Positions 47,769 to 57,322 of a stretch of 57,322 bases of DNA are shown piece by piece (position 1 is the first letter of the stretch; every line of letters begins with the position of its first letter). Both the position numbers and the translations under genes were made by a program. The DNA comes from Candidatus Uhrbacteria bacterium. GTDB taxonomy: Bacteria; Patescibacteriota; Patescibacteriia; JACQRZ01. Under the pieces are notes generated by a model. The model was not told the origin of the DNA, ran no database searches, and saw nothing but the letters and a program-made list of their open reading frames with translations. Where the stretch lies: NCBI GenBank assembly GCA_016186045.1, contig JACPMJ010000007.1, positions 1-57,322 on the forward strand. The letters run 5' to 3'.

Positions 47769-49340
47769 CTAGAGGTTTTGGGAAAGATGGAAAATCTCCT
47801 GTACGTACAGGATATCCGCCTTTCTCACCTTTTTGAGAATCGTCTTTTTCTCCTCATCCGTGAAGAGATGAGCCAGACAAAGAAGAAATATCCTATCGCG
47901 CTCTTTCGCCTTCTGACAGAAGAGCTTGGAAATTTCCGTGATCCCTTCTTTCTCGCGGACAGCGCCAATCGTATTTCTTGAGAGAGCCACAAGGCACTCG
48001 CCAATACGTGCACAGATCCGTATATACGAAACATGCGCCTTGTCTCGCGTATGGGTGTCAGATATCTCTTCGTATGCCTCATGGGCGATAGAAAAGAATT
48101 CCGGTACATACATGACGCCGAAATCTTTCCGAAACGTCAGTGTTGAAATGAGAGATGCGCACGCACTAAGTCGCGTAGACGCATCGACGATGTTGTTGAG
48201 TGTCTCACACGCCTTATCTCGATTCCCGTCAAGCATATGAGAGAGCGCGATATACTCAAATGCCTGTACACGATCGATGCCGTATAGCTTATGTGCGACT
48301 TCGAGTGCCTTCTCGTAGTCTCCGCTGTCAGCATACGAACGGACCGCACTCACCTCAAGACTCAACAAATCAGAGACGCTGTTATCTTCTGCCTCCAAAA
48401 GAGCCGCCTCCGGATCTTTGAAGCTCTTCGCTTTGGCGATTTCTGCGCGAACCATATCTATGTGATCCGGATAGAGTTCACAAGAAGCATCCGCTTGTGC
48501 GAGTGCGCGCTCTGCTTCTGCAAGTGCCGCATCCTCATCAACTTTTGCAAATGACTGAAAAAGTGCGATTGAGGCAAACGTGCTCGCACGCTCCAGTGGA
48601 GCGTCTATACGCTCGGCAAGAGAAAGGACGAGAGAGAAATTTTTCTCCTCTCCAAATGTCCAGCGTTCGACCATCTCCTTCAGCAAAAGATCTCTGACGA
48701 GATCTTTCTCTCCCATGATCAGGTCTATGATGTCGTGCTCGCGACCAGCCGCCCGATAGGCGTTGAGAAAAAAAGAATACGGATGATCGTCTACGAGTAT
48801 TCCGTTGAACTTATAGGGAAGAAATTGTTCCGCCGCTTTATGCGCAAGCTGGAAAAACTTTGCCGTTGACGAATGGTGTCTTCTTGCCGCTTCCTCTGCA
48901 AGATCGCAGTACAGCTCAAGAACGAGGTCTCGATCCTTGAGAAACCCGATATCATCAATCGCCTCGTCAAACTTTCCTGCCTTGATTTTTTCCGCAATCA
49001 AATCCCTGCGAGCATATGCCTGCTGAGAATCATCGGAAATTTTCTGCGCCTCCCAGTCCGCCTCGAAGGTCTGACCCTGCTTTGCCTTTGACTTGGCGAT
49101 ATCTGCCTGGATGATGCCAACGGCATGTTCATCATCTTGATCACGCATCCGTACCTGAAGCTTCCGAGCCTCACTCATAAGCCCGGCCCGAGCCAAACTT
49201 CCGGAAAGAGAGCGAATAGCAATTCTTTGGTTGATAGAGTCTTCGATGTCATCAAAAATGACATTTGCGCGCTGTAAAAGCCCAACACCTCTCTCGTAGT
49301 TTTTCGCCGCACCAACGATACGGTTCGTAACATCTTCCAC
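47769..49340 (-). CDS. Alpha-helical repeat (TPR-like) hypothetical protein
   Basis: Repeated A..IA..I.D...R..A pattern. GTG start with SD gaggt. Confidence 0.65.
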   Translation of the reverse strand: MEDVTNRIVGAAKNYERGVGLLQRANVIFDDIEDSINQRIAIRSLSGSLARAGLMSEARKLQVRMRDQDDEHAVGIIQADIAKSKAKQGQTFEADWEAQKISDDSQQAYARRDLIAEKIKAGKFDEAIDDIGFLKDRDLVLELYCDLAEEAARRHHSSTAKFFQLAHKAAEQFLPYKFNGILVDDHPYSFFLNAYRAAGREHDIIDLIMGEKDLVRDLLLKEMVERWTFGEEKNFSLVLSLAERIDAPLERASTFASIALFQSFAKVDEDAALAEAERALAQADASCELYPDHIDMVRAEIAKAKSFKDPEAALLEAEDNSVSDLLSLEVSAVRSYADSGDYEKALEVAHKLYGIDRVQAFEYIALSHMLDGNRDKACETLNNIVDASTRLSACASLISTLTFRKDFGVMYVPEFFSIAHEAYEEISDTHTRDKAHVSYIRICARIGECLVALSRNTIGAVREKEGITEISKLFCQKAKERDRIFLLCLAHLFTDEEKKTILKKVRKADILYVQEIFHLSQNL

Positions 49341-49362
49341 GATATACCTCTTTCATTTTTCA

Positions 49363-49411
49363 TTGTAAATGTGCGTAAAAAAAGCATAGCATGTAAATGC
49401 CATTTTGTCAA
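49363..49411 (-). promoter_or_regulatory. sigma70 promoter TTGACA-N17-TATGCT followed by boxA-like GCACATTTACAA
   Basis: -35 at 49406-49411, -10 at 49383-49388, motif at 49363-49374. Confidence 0.6.
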
Positions 49412-49441
49412 GGAGGCCGCATTCTGCTATGCTTCATACAT

Positions 49442-50164
49442 ATGAACACTCTGCAGAATCAAAATCATCCGCTTATCGTCTTTTCTCTTGCGCTTGCGGC
49501 AATTCTTATGTTTGGCGGCATACTTGCGCTGAAAAAGCCTACTGTAAAAACGCAACATACAAAACAAACTGCGAATCAGGCGGTACAAATAACGAAGCAG
49601 AAGGAGACCGTCCCACGCGAGGTGATACGTGCGCATGCGAATACAGACACATTCGCATACGCGCAAGGACCCAAAGATGCATCCGTGACAGTGGTGGAAT
49701 ACTTTGACTTTCTTTGTCCGTTTTCAAAGCAGTCCGCCCAGACCGTGGAGCGCCTGACACAAACATACGCGACATCATCCGTGCGCTTCGTCTTTCGCCA
49801 GGCTCCTGCCGCAAACGTGTATCCCGCATCATTGCCCGCCTCAAACGCATCGCTCTGCGCAAATGAACAGGGAAAATTTTTCCCCATGTACTCGCTTCTC
49901 TTTGGCCAGCAGAAAAAAATCACCGCGGAAAATTTTTCGTTCTTTGCGTATGAGCTGGGCCTTGATAAAAGCATGTTTGACGCATGCATGGACAGCAGGA
50001 AATATCAAAAGTGGATCTCAAAGGATCTTTCAGACGCTGTCACACTGGGGCTCAATGGCACGCCTACCTGGTTTATCAATGAAAAACGATTTGTGGGCGC
50101 CATGCCGTTTGATGTACTTTCACAGTACATACAGGACGAATTGACAAGTGATAAAAACAATTGA
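49442..50164 (+). CDS. DsbA-family thioredoxin-fold protein (CPFS active site)
   Basis: TM anchor, GP.DA.VTVVEYFDFLCPFS, CA.EQGKF, G.NGTPTWFIN. Confidence 0.85.
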   Translation: MNTLQNQNHPLIVFSLALAAILMFGGILALKKPTVKTQHTKQTANQAVQITKQKETVPREVIRAHANTDTFAYAQGPKDASVTVVEYFDFLCPFSKQSAQTVERLTQTYATSSVRFVFRQAPAANVYPASLPASNASLCANEQGKFFPMYSLLFGQQKKITAENFSFFAYELGLDKSMFDACMDSRKYQKWISKDLSDAVTLGLNGTPTWFINEKRFVGAMPFDVLSQYIQDELTSDKNN

Positions 50165-50256
50165 TTGAAGAGTTCCTCCTCCTACTTTACATTTTTTTAA
50201 AAATGCGATATACTCATTCCTGATACGTCTTTTATCCACATGTCAGGAATTTTTTT

Positions 50257-53121
50257 ATGCTGAACAAAATCGTCGTCCGCGGTTCGCGCGTGCATAATCT
50301 CAAAAATGTCAACATTGATATCCCGCACAACAAGCTCATTGCGTTCACCGGACTTTCCGGCAGCGGAAAATCATCACTCGCGTTTGACACCATTCACGCG
50401 GAAGGACAACGACGGTTCATGGAAAGCCTTTCCAGCTTCACCAAACAGTTCATGGAAAATCTCGATAAGCCGGATGTGGATCAGATAGACGGACTGCCGC
50501 CGACTATCGCTATCGACCAACGCACCTCGTCCGCATCGCCGCGCTCCACAGTGGGCACCTCCACGGAAATATACGACTACCTCCGGCTTCTCTTTTCTCG
50601 CACCGGCACCCCGCATTGCCCGTCATGTAAAAAGCCCATTGTCCGACTTTCAAAACAACAGATCATAGAACACATCCAAGCGCTCATGAAAGAAAAAACA
50701 TCAGAGGTCCTTATTCTCGCACCTATCATCAAACAGGAAAAGCTTGACTTGGATCGTATCACCACAGAACTCCAACGCATTGGCTACCATTCTGTCCGCA
50801 TAGACAAGCTTCTCTACCAGCTCCGTGAGCTTATTCGATCCGGCATTGATGAGACAAAAAAACACACCTTGGAAGTGATCGTGGAAAAAATCCCAAAAAA
50901 CGAACTCCTAAGCTACGACCGCGGCAGACTTATCGGAGTTATCAATACTGCGCTTGAACTGGGAGACGGAACTCTGACCGTCTCACTTCCTGAAAAACGA
51001 AACGAAGTGACCCTGACACAAAATCTGGTGTGTCCTGCATGCCATATTACCATCCCGGAAATTGATCCACGAAGTTTTTCATTCAACAATCCTCTTGGCG
51101 CCTGTTCGGCATGCACTGGTTTGGGATATCTGCTCAAATTCGACCCTGAACTGCTCATCCCAAACAAAAAACTCACCATTGCGCAAGGCGCTATCCAGCC
51201 ACTCAACAAACTCTATGCAAATGCAAGCAGTTATCTTACGCTCATTGATCAAGCGCTCATGAGACATGGGTGTTCCATCCATACTGAAATTGAAAAAATG
51301 ACGCCAACACAACTAGCTGTCCTTTTGCGCGGCGAATCCGGAAAAAAAGCAAAACCACCTGTGAAAGGAAAGGATTTTGATACTCAAAAAGAGGTATCAT
51401 TCACCGGCATCATTCCGTACCTCGAGGGAAAGTATCATGAGACGGATTCCGAATATCTCCAGAAAGAGCTGGAAGACTATATGCGCAGATTCAAATGCTC
51501 CACTTGCGACGGCAAGCGGCTGAAGCCGGAACTCCTTATGGTGCAGGTGAGCGGCCACACCATAGACCAGGTCGTGGCGCTTTCCATTGTCAAACTTATT
51601 GAATTTTTTAATCACATTGATCCTGAAAAAAATAAAAAGCACACACTTTCCGCAGACGCACAAAAAATCACCAAGCCCATCTTGAAGGAGGTGTACAAAC
51701 GCGCACAGGCGCTCCTTGATGTGGGACTCAATTATCTTGTCTTGGATAGAAGCATGACTACACTTTCCGGCGGAGAGGCACAGCGCGTCAAGCTGGCAAA
51801 CCATATCAGCTCGTCATTGGTTGGCGTGGTGTATGTGTTGGACGAGCCATCTATTGGCCTGCACCCAAAAGATACGGAACAGCTTATATCCACCCTGCGC
51901 ATGTTGCGCGACAGCGGCAACACTGTGTTGGTAGTGGAACACGACAAAAAGATTATTATGAGCGCGGACATGATCGTGGACGTGGGTCCTGGCGCGGGAA
52001 AAAACGGCGGAAAAATCATTGCCGCGGGAACACCTGCAGAAGTATTGAAAAACAAACACTCTGTCACTGGGAGATATCTCTCCGGCAATGCATCCATCCC
52101 ACTGCCAAAAAAACTGCGGCAGGGAACGGGTGCGTTCATAGAAATCATCGGGGCGAGTGAGTTTAATCTGAAAAATATTACCGTCAAAATTCCTTTGGGA
52201 AAGATGATTTTTGTTACCGGCCTGTCCGGTTCGGGAAAATCCACACTCATTGTTGAAATTCTCAGTAAGGCGCTCACAAAGAAATTTTATCGCTCCAAAG
52301 ATGAACCGGGAAAGCACAAGGAAATCCGTGGCATGGAACACATTGATAAGGTGGTGGTCATAGATCAATCGCCTATTGGTAGAACGCCGCGCTCAAATCC
52401 CGTCACTTATACAAACATCTTCACGCCAATCAGGGAGTTATTCACCGAACTTCCCGAGGCGAAGATCAAAGGATTCAAGCCGGGACACTTCAGCTTCAAT
52501 GTCAAAGGCGGACGATGTGAGACGTGTATGGGTGAAGGAATGATGCGCATTGACATGCGATTTCTTTCCGATGTCTATGTGGAATGTCCGGATTGCCGTG
52601 GAAAGAGATACAATAAAGAGGCGCTGGAGGTGCACTACGAGGGCATGTCTATTTCTGATGTGCTTGATATGACCGTGGATGAGGCGATTGTCTTTTTTAC
52701 TAAGTATCAGACGATCAAAGAAAAACTCAAGACGCTCTCGGATGTGGGACTGGGATACATCAAGCTCGGACAGCCGGCGAATACGCTCTCCGGCGGAGAG
52801 GCCCAGCGCATTAAACTCGCCTCGGAACTCTCACGCCGATCCACGGGGAAGACGCTGTATATCTTGGACGAGCCCACCACCGGCCTGCACTTTGAGGACA
52901 TCAAACAGCTTCTCAATATTCTCCATCAGCTTGCGGATAAGGGAAACACGGTACTTATTATTGAACACAACATGGATATTATTAAAAACGCGGACTGGAT
53001 TATAGACCTCGGTCCGGAGGGTGGAGAAAAAGGCGGATACGTGGTCGCAGAAGGAACACCTGCGGATATTGTAGCCACTAAAAACAGCTGGACCGGGAAA
53101 TATTTGAAGGAGGTGTTGTGA
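50257..53121 (+). CDS. uvrA: Excinuclease ABC subunit A
   Basis: Two ABC cassettes (GLSGSGKS, LSGGEAQR, LDEP) and zinc fingers. Confidence 0.97.
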   Translation: MLNKIVVRGSRVHNLKNVNIDIPHNKLIAFTGLSGSGKSSLAFDTIHAEGQRRFMESLSSFTKQFMENLDKPDVDQIDGLPPTIAIDQRTSSASPRSTVGTSTEIYDYLRLLFSRTGTPHCPSCKKPIVRLSKQQIIEHIQALMKEKTSEVLILAPIIKQEKLDLDRITTELQRIGYHSVRIDKLLYQLRELIRSGIDETKKHTLEVIVEKIPKNELLSYDRGRLIGVINTALELGDGTLTVSLPEKRNEVTLTQNLVCPACHITIPEIDPRSFSFNNPLGACSACTGLGYLLKFDPELLIPNKKLTIAQGAIQPLNKLYANASSYLTLIDQALMRHGCSIHTEIEKMTPTQLAVLLRGESGKKAKPPVKGKDFDTQKEVSFTGIIPYLEGKYHETDSEYLQKELEDYMRRFKCSTCDGKRLKPELLMVQVSGHTIDQVVALSIVKLIEFFNHIDPEKNKKHTLSADAQKITKPILKEVYKRAQALLDVGLNYLVLDRSMTTLSGGEAQRVKLANHISSSLVGVVYVLDEPSIGLHPKDTEQLISTLRMLRDSGNTVLVVEHDKKIIMSADMIVDVGPGAGKNGGKIIAAGTPAEVLKNKHSVTGRYLSGNASIPLPKKLRQGTGAFIEIIGASEFNLKNITVKIPLGKMIFVTGLSGSGKSTLIVEILSKALTKKFYRSKDEPGKHKEIRGMEHIDKVVVIDQSPIGRTPRSNPVTYTNIFTPIRELFTELPEAKIKGFKPGHFSFNVKGGRCETCMGEGMMRIDMRFLSDVYVECPDCRGKRYNKEALEVHYEGMSISDVLDMTVDEAIVFFTKYQTIKEKLKTLSDVGLGYIKLGQPANTLSGGEAQRIKLASELSRRSTGKTLYILDEPTTGLHFEDIKQLLNILHQLADKGNTVLIIEHNMDIIKNADWIIDLGPEGGEKGGYVVAEGTPADIVATKNSWTGKYLKEVL

Positions 53122-53273
53122 GACCGTTGCAAAACCCTCCGATTGTCATCCCCGATCCCCAATCAAGTTGAGGACAGGCTCTGATCGGGGATCCAGAATT
53201 CTTCTTAAATTAAAAGAACTGGATTCCCGCCTTCGCGGGAATGACATGCTTAGCTGAGTTTTGCAACAGCCTC
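53120..53273. mobile_element. MITE with IS1182/IS5-type TIRs, REP cargo and 6-bp TSD (TGTTGT)
   Basis: gagaccgttgcaaaaccc ... gagttttgcaacagcctc, flanked by tgttgt at 53114-53119 and 53274-53279. Confidence 0.8.
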
Positions 53274-53438
53274 TGTTGTAGAAATTTGACAGATATTCCA
53301 CATGTGCTATAGTACATGTGCTAACCACGGATTCACTCGCAACCCTGAAAGTCCGAGATTCATTTCTCGGATTTTCTTTTTATTTTCATTATGATAAAAT
53401 AACACCACGCTTACGAAATATCTTAAATGCACATACGT

Positions 53439-55861
53439 ATGTATTCCCATAAAAAAATTGAGAAAAAGTGGCAGGCGTATTGGGAGAAAAACAGGACATT
53501 TGAGGCGGCAGAAGATCCTGAAAAGAAAAAACAGTACATCTTGGATATGTTTCCCTATCCTTCGGGCGACGGTCTGCATGTGGGGCATCCGGAAGGGTAT
53601 ACCGCGAATGATATTTTTGCGCGTTACCTACGCATGAATGGATACAACGTCTTGCATCCGATCGGCTTTGACGCGTTCGGTTTGCCTGCGGAAAATTACG
53701 CCATCAAACAAGGAGTCCACCCAAAAGAATCAACGGAAAAAAATATCACGCACATTCGTGAACAATTGCTCGCGTTTGGTTTTTCCTATGACTGGAGTCG
53801 CGAAGTAACCACCTCATCGCAAAAATATTATCACTGGACCCAGTGGCTCTTTCTCCAGCTCTATCGCAAAGGTCTTGCATACAAAAAATCCGCTCCGGTG
53901 AACTGGTGCGAAAGTTGTCAGACCGTGCTTGCAAACGAACAGGTGGTGAGCGGCGAATGCGAGCGATGCCATACCGCCGTCGTTCAAAAAAAATTAGAGC
54001 AATGGTTTTTGAAAGTAACCGCGTACGCGCAAGAACTTCTCTCCGGACTTGAGACATTAGACTGGCCCGCGCCTATCAAAACCGCCCAACGCAATTGGAT
54101 CGGAAAAAGCGAGGGCGCGCATATCTCATTTCCTATTGCGGACTCCCACCTCTCCATCTCCGTATTTACCACTCGACCCGATACACTCTTTGGCGCGACG
54201 TATATGGTACTCGCGCCGGAACACGAATTGGTTGAAAAACTCAAAAAAAGCATGACGAATCAGTACGAAGTGGAGGCGTACCAGAAGGCGACACAGAAAA
54301 AAAGCGAACTCCAGCGCACACAGCTTGAAAAAGAAAAAACCGGCGTCGCGTTGGGCGGCGTCTACGCGATCAATCCCGCCACACAGGAAAATATTCCCAT
54401 CTGGATCGCGGATTATGTCGTGCCGTCATACGCAACGGGCGCGATCATGGCGGTGCCGGCGCATGACAGCCGCGACTTTTCCTTTGCAAAAAAATATCAT
54501 CTCCCTGTTCGGATGGTCGTCTGTCCGCACTACCCCGCGCCCACCTGCCCAATTCTTGATGAGGCGTATGAGGGGGACGGACATCTCGTGGAGTCAGGAA
54601 AATTTACCAGCATGAAGAATATCGAGGCAAAAAAAGCGATCGCAGAGTCAGTGGGTGGCGTACTTCACACGCAATACCGCCTGCGCGACTGGCTGATCTC
54701 GCGCCAACGGTATTGGGGCGCGCCGATTCCTATTATCTATTGCGCAAACTGCGGGACACAAGAAGTGTCAGAGGCGGACCTGCCGGTACTCCTCCCGACA
54801 GATGTAGACTTTCGCCCTACCGGCGAATCCCCGCTTATGCGTTCGAAAAAATTCCACCGCGTCTCCTGTCCGAAATGCGGCAAGCGCGCGCGCAGAGAGT
54901 CTGATACCATGGACACCTTTATGTGCTCCAGCTGGTACTACCTTCGCTATCCATCAGCGGATGACGCGCACCATCCTTTTACACAAGAAAAAACGTCGTA
55001 CTGGTTGCCGGTAGATATGTATGTGGGTGGCGCGGAACACGCGGTCCTGCATCTTCTCTATGCGCGATTTATTACCAAGGCGCTCTGCGATATGGGATTT
55101 CTTTCGTTTGACGAGCCATTTGCACGCCTGCGGAATCAAGGACTTATCTTGGGCGAAGACGGAGAAAAGATGTCCAAGTCTCGCGGCAATGTCATAAACC
55201 CGGATGATATTATTGACGCGTATGGCGCGGATACGATGCGCATCTATATTATGTTTATGGGGCCATTAGAGGACGCGAAACCATGGAACACCTCCAGCAT
55301 CATGGGGTCGCGCAGATTTTTGGATAAGGCGTGGGATATTTTTATGAAAACCGCGGATGAAGATGCGGATGCACAATCTTCGGAATTTCTTACGCGCCTG
55401 CTCCACAAAACAATACAAAAAGTGACCAACGACATCGTCACTTTTCATTTTAATACCGCCATCAGCACGCTCATGATGTTATTAAACGGTATGCAAGATG
55501 CGGTGAAAAAAGGTATACCGGTTGGCAAAAAAACAAAAGAGACATTTCTTTTGCTTCTCTCTCCATTTGCACCGCATATCGCAGAAGAACTTTGGGAGTC
55601 ACTGGGACATGCGGAGACACTTGCCTACCGCGCATGGCCGTTATATGATGAAGCGCTTTTAATAGAAGATGCTGTGACACTTGTTATCCAGATAAACGGA
55701 AAGGTGCGCGATACCATGGAGGTGGCGGCCGGCATTTCGGAAGATGAGGCAAAAAAGCCCTTCAAATGGACTCTATACAAAAATGGATTACAGGAAAAGA
55801 AATCAAAAAAATTATTTTTGTCGGCGGAAAAATTCTCAATATCGTGTGTGGGGAGTCTTAA
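53439..55861 (+). CDS. leuS: Leucyl-tRNA synthetase (apparent 1-base deletion near the 3' end)
   Basis: MFPYPSG.GLHVGH, TTRPDT, DWLISRQRYWG, KMSKS. The canonical C-terminus (KWITGKEIKKIIFVGGKILNIV) is in another frame after the A6 run at 55751-55756. Confidence 0.95.
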
Positions 55862-56000
55862 ATGACAACAGTCTTCGAAGTCATCTGTATGTCGGACCCT
55901 TCGGAGCGCGACTGGCGCGAGACGGAGGAAATTTTCAGCAGAAAATTATCCGTGTCCGACATGCAGGTGACTGAAGAATAGATTGTTGTCATTTAAGACT
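55854..56000. repeat. Long inverted-repeat element between convergent leuS and RNHCP genes
   Basis: agtcttaaatgacaac/gttgtcatttaagact outer arms and agtcatctgtatgtcggac/gtccgacatgcaggtgact inner arms. Confidence 0.75.
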
Positions 56001-56304
56001 GTAAGAGTTTTAGGAGAACATCAAAGGAATCATCCTTTGATGCTTTATTTTTTTTCACATATCCACATCTCACACACGTATGAACAATGACTTGCTCTCC
56101 TTTCTTCACCTCAACTCCCGTTGGCTCCATCATGCCATTACACCCCGCGGCGCGATCTCCCGGATACACATCCACGTGCTTACTCCACAGACATTTTTGA
56201 CAGTGATTTGTATATCCATTTCCATACATCAAAAACCCGCAGTGTCCGCAGATGAAGTCTTCTTTTTTTCTCTGGAATTTTTTTGACTGTGACGTGGTTT
56301 TCAT
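55993..56304 (-). CDS. RNHCP-domain zinc-binding protein
   Basis: F.C..CG.....GYTNHC..CLWSKHVD..PGDRA..C.G.M, H.C..CG. Start placed at MKTTSQ. Confidence 0.85.
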   Translation of the reverse strand: MKTTSQSKKFQRKKEDFICGHCGFLMYGNGYTNHCQKCLWSKHVDVYPGDRAAGCNGMMEPTGVEVKKGEQVIVHTCVRCGYVKKNKASKDDSFDVLLKLLQS

Positions 56305-56464
56305 AGTATATGTCATTCTCTTAGACTTCACTGTGTCATTCCTCGGATCAAGTCCGAGGACAGGCTTGGGCTTGACCCGAGAATCCAGTCTTTCTATACT
56401 CTTTATACAGAAAAAACTTTTATTTTGCAAGATATTTTAAGATTATACGAAAATCTGTAAATCC

Positions 56465-56672
56465 CAGAGCGTTGCAAAACTCTTATTTTGTCATCTCAGA
56501 TCCCCGATCGCAGTCGAGGACAGGCCCGATCTGGGATCCAGTATTTGTTTTAAATAAAAGAAACTGGATTCTCGGGTCAAGTTCCCGATTTTTGAACGAG
56601 ACCTTGAGTTCATAAAAATCGCAATGCCTGTGGTGCCCGAGAATGACACGAGAGGGGTTTTTCAACGGGCTC
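56465..56672. mobile_element. Second MITE with the same TIR family and nested REP cargo
   Basis: cagagcgttgcaaaactc ... gaggggtttttcaacgggctc. The right TIR matches the IS end at 56771-56791 at 19 of 21 positions. No TSD seen. Confidence 0.65.
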
Positions 56673-56770
56673 ACGTACGAGTTACAAAACGTATCTTTTG
56701 TTATTCAAGAATGTCAAAAAAAGCCGTATTTTATAATATATTTCAATAGTATAGAAAAATCTGTAAATCC

Positions 56771-57322
56771 GAGCCCATTGCAAAACCCCTCGCAAATATA
56801 CTGAATTCATGGTAAAATAGAGGAAGAATAAGACATAAAAACACTTCCTCACATATGAAAAACTTTATTATCCCCAATGCATATCTCTCCTCGACCGTAT
56901 ACGACAATCTTGTTCCCAAAGACGACTTTCTCCGCCTCCTTCTCGAGCTCATCGACTGGAGAGAGATGGTATGGGATCTCTGTAAGCTCGCAAAAAACGA
57001 CGAGGGAGGACGTCCTCGATACAATCATGTGCTTCTTTTTAAAATGCTCTTCCTTTCATTTCTCTTTAATACGTCAGACAGAGACACCGAGGAGCTGTGT
57101 ACGAATAATATCCGTTGCAAGTTCTTCCTCGGTCTGGAACTCCAAGAAAACGCTCCGGATTTCACCACGCTGTGCCGATTTCGAAACGATCTCCTCGCGC
57201 AGTTCGGCAAAGAATGGCTGGACGATGTTTTCTCCCAAATCATTGCAGAATGCAAAAAGCTTGGTGTGAAGTTCGGCGCCGTCCACGCCTTGGACGCCAC
57301 GCACAGTATCGCCCGCGTCGAC
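56771..57322 (+). mobile_element. IS1182/IS5-type insertion sequence, left end
   Basis: TIR gagcccattgcaaaacccctc upstream of the transposase. Confidence 0.75.
56855..57322 (+). CDS. IS1182/IS5-family DDE transposase, N-terminal part (DUF772-like; runs off the window)
   Basis: Manual translation: MKNFIIP...LVPKDDFLR...IDW...GGRPRY...LFKMLFL..LFN.SDR..E......KFFLGL....PDFTTLCRFR...ALDAT. Confidence 0.88.
   Translation, partial: MKNFIIPNAYLSSTVYDNLVPKDDFLRLLLELIDWREMVWDLCKLAKNDEGGRPRYNHVLLFKMLFLSFLFNTSDRDTEELCTNNIRCKFFLGLELQENAPDFTTLCRFRNDLLAQFGKEWLDDVFSQIIAECKKLGVKFGAVHALDATHSIARVD

Noticed and set aside
49700-49730. DsbA CPFS as an inactivating mutation
   Set aside because: CxxS variants are known in thioredoxin-fold proteins and the rest of the ORF is intact. 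Not treated as a pseudogene.
1419-53121. Alternative genetic code 25 (TGA=Gly)
   Set aside because: TGA ends conserved genes such as murE and uvrA at their expected lengths, and long ORFs are intact under code 11.

Overview
57.3 kb of chromosome from a Patescibacteria (CPR, probably Parcubacteria/ABY1-like) bacterium using genetic code 11. The taxonomic call is an inference from gene content. The window runs from the 3' end of an IS110 transposase to the 5' end of an IS1182/IS5-type transposase. Core genes: tRNA-Arg(GCG), tRNA-Ser(GCT), tRNA-Leu(CAG), murE, comF, rsmA, a phosphomannomutase, murI, trpS, rnj, an OppA-like binding protein, secG, a DsbA-like protein, uvrA and leuS. A minus-strand T4SS-like cluster comprises a TSP3-like protein, a 3242-aa Cys-rich surface protein, an extended VirB6, a 1020-aa protein, PrgI, a TraC-N-like protein, VirB4 and a VirB8-like protein. 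The main discovery is a ~12 kb array (13361-25449) that splits this cluster. It holds seven copies of an insulated expression module: a hairpin terminator fused to a sigma70 promoter and a boxA-like motif (repeat B), then REP palindromes, optional cargo, and a terminator (repeat A). Three modules carry Pro/Thr-stalk lipoproteins of one family with conserved ends and variable middles. Four are empty, and three of those have decayed promoters. The modules alternate strictly with DUF4143 AAA ATPases, toxin-antitoxin genes and a coiled-coil gene. No integrase is present in the window. The window also shows nested REP-like palindromes, some in frame inside rsmA and the phosphomannomutase gene. REP-carrying MITEs have TIRs matching the terminal IS, one with a 6-bp target duplication. 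Two tRNA loci are decorated with tRNA-derived repeats.
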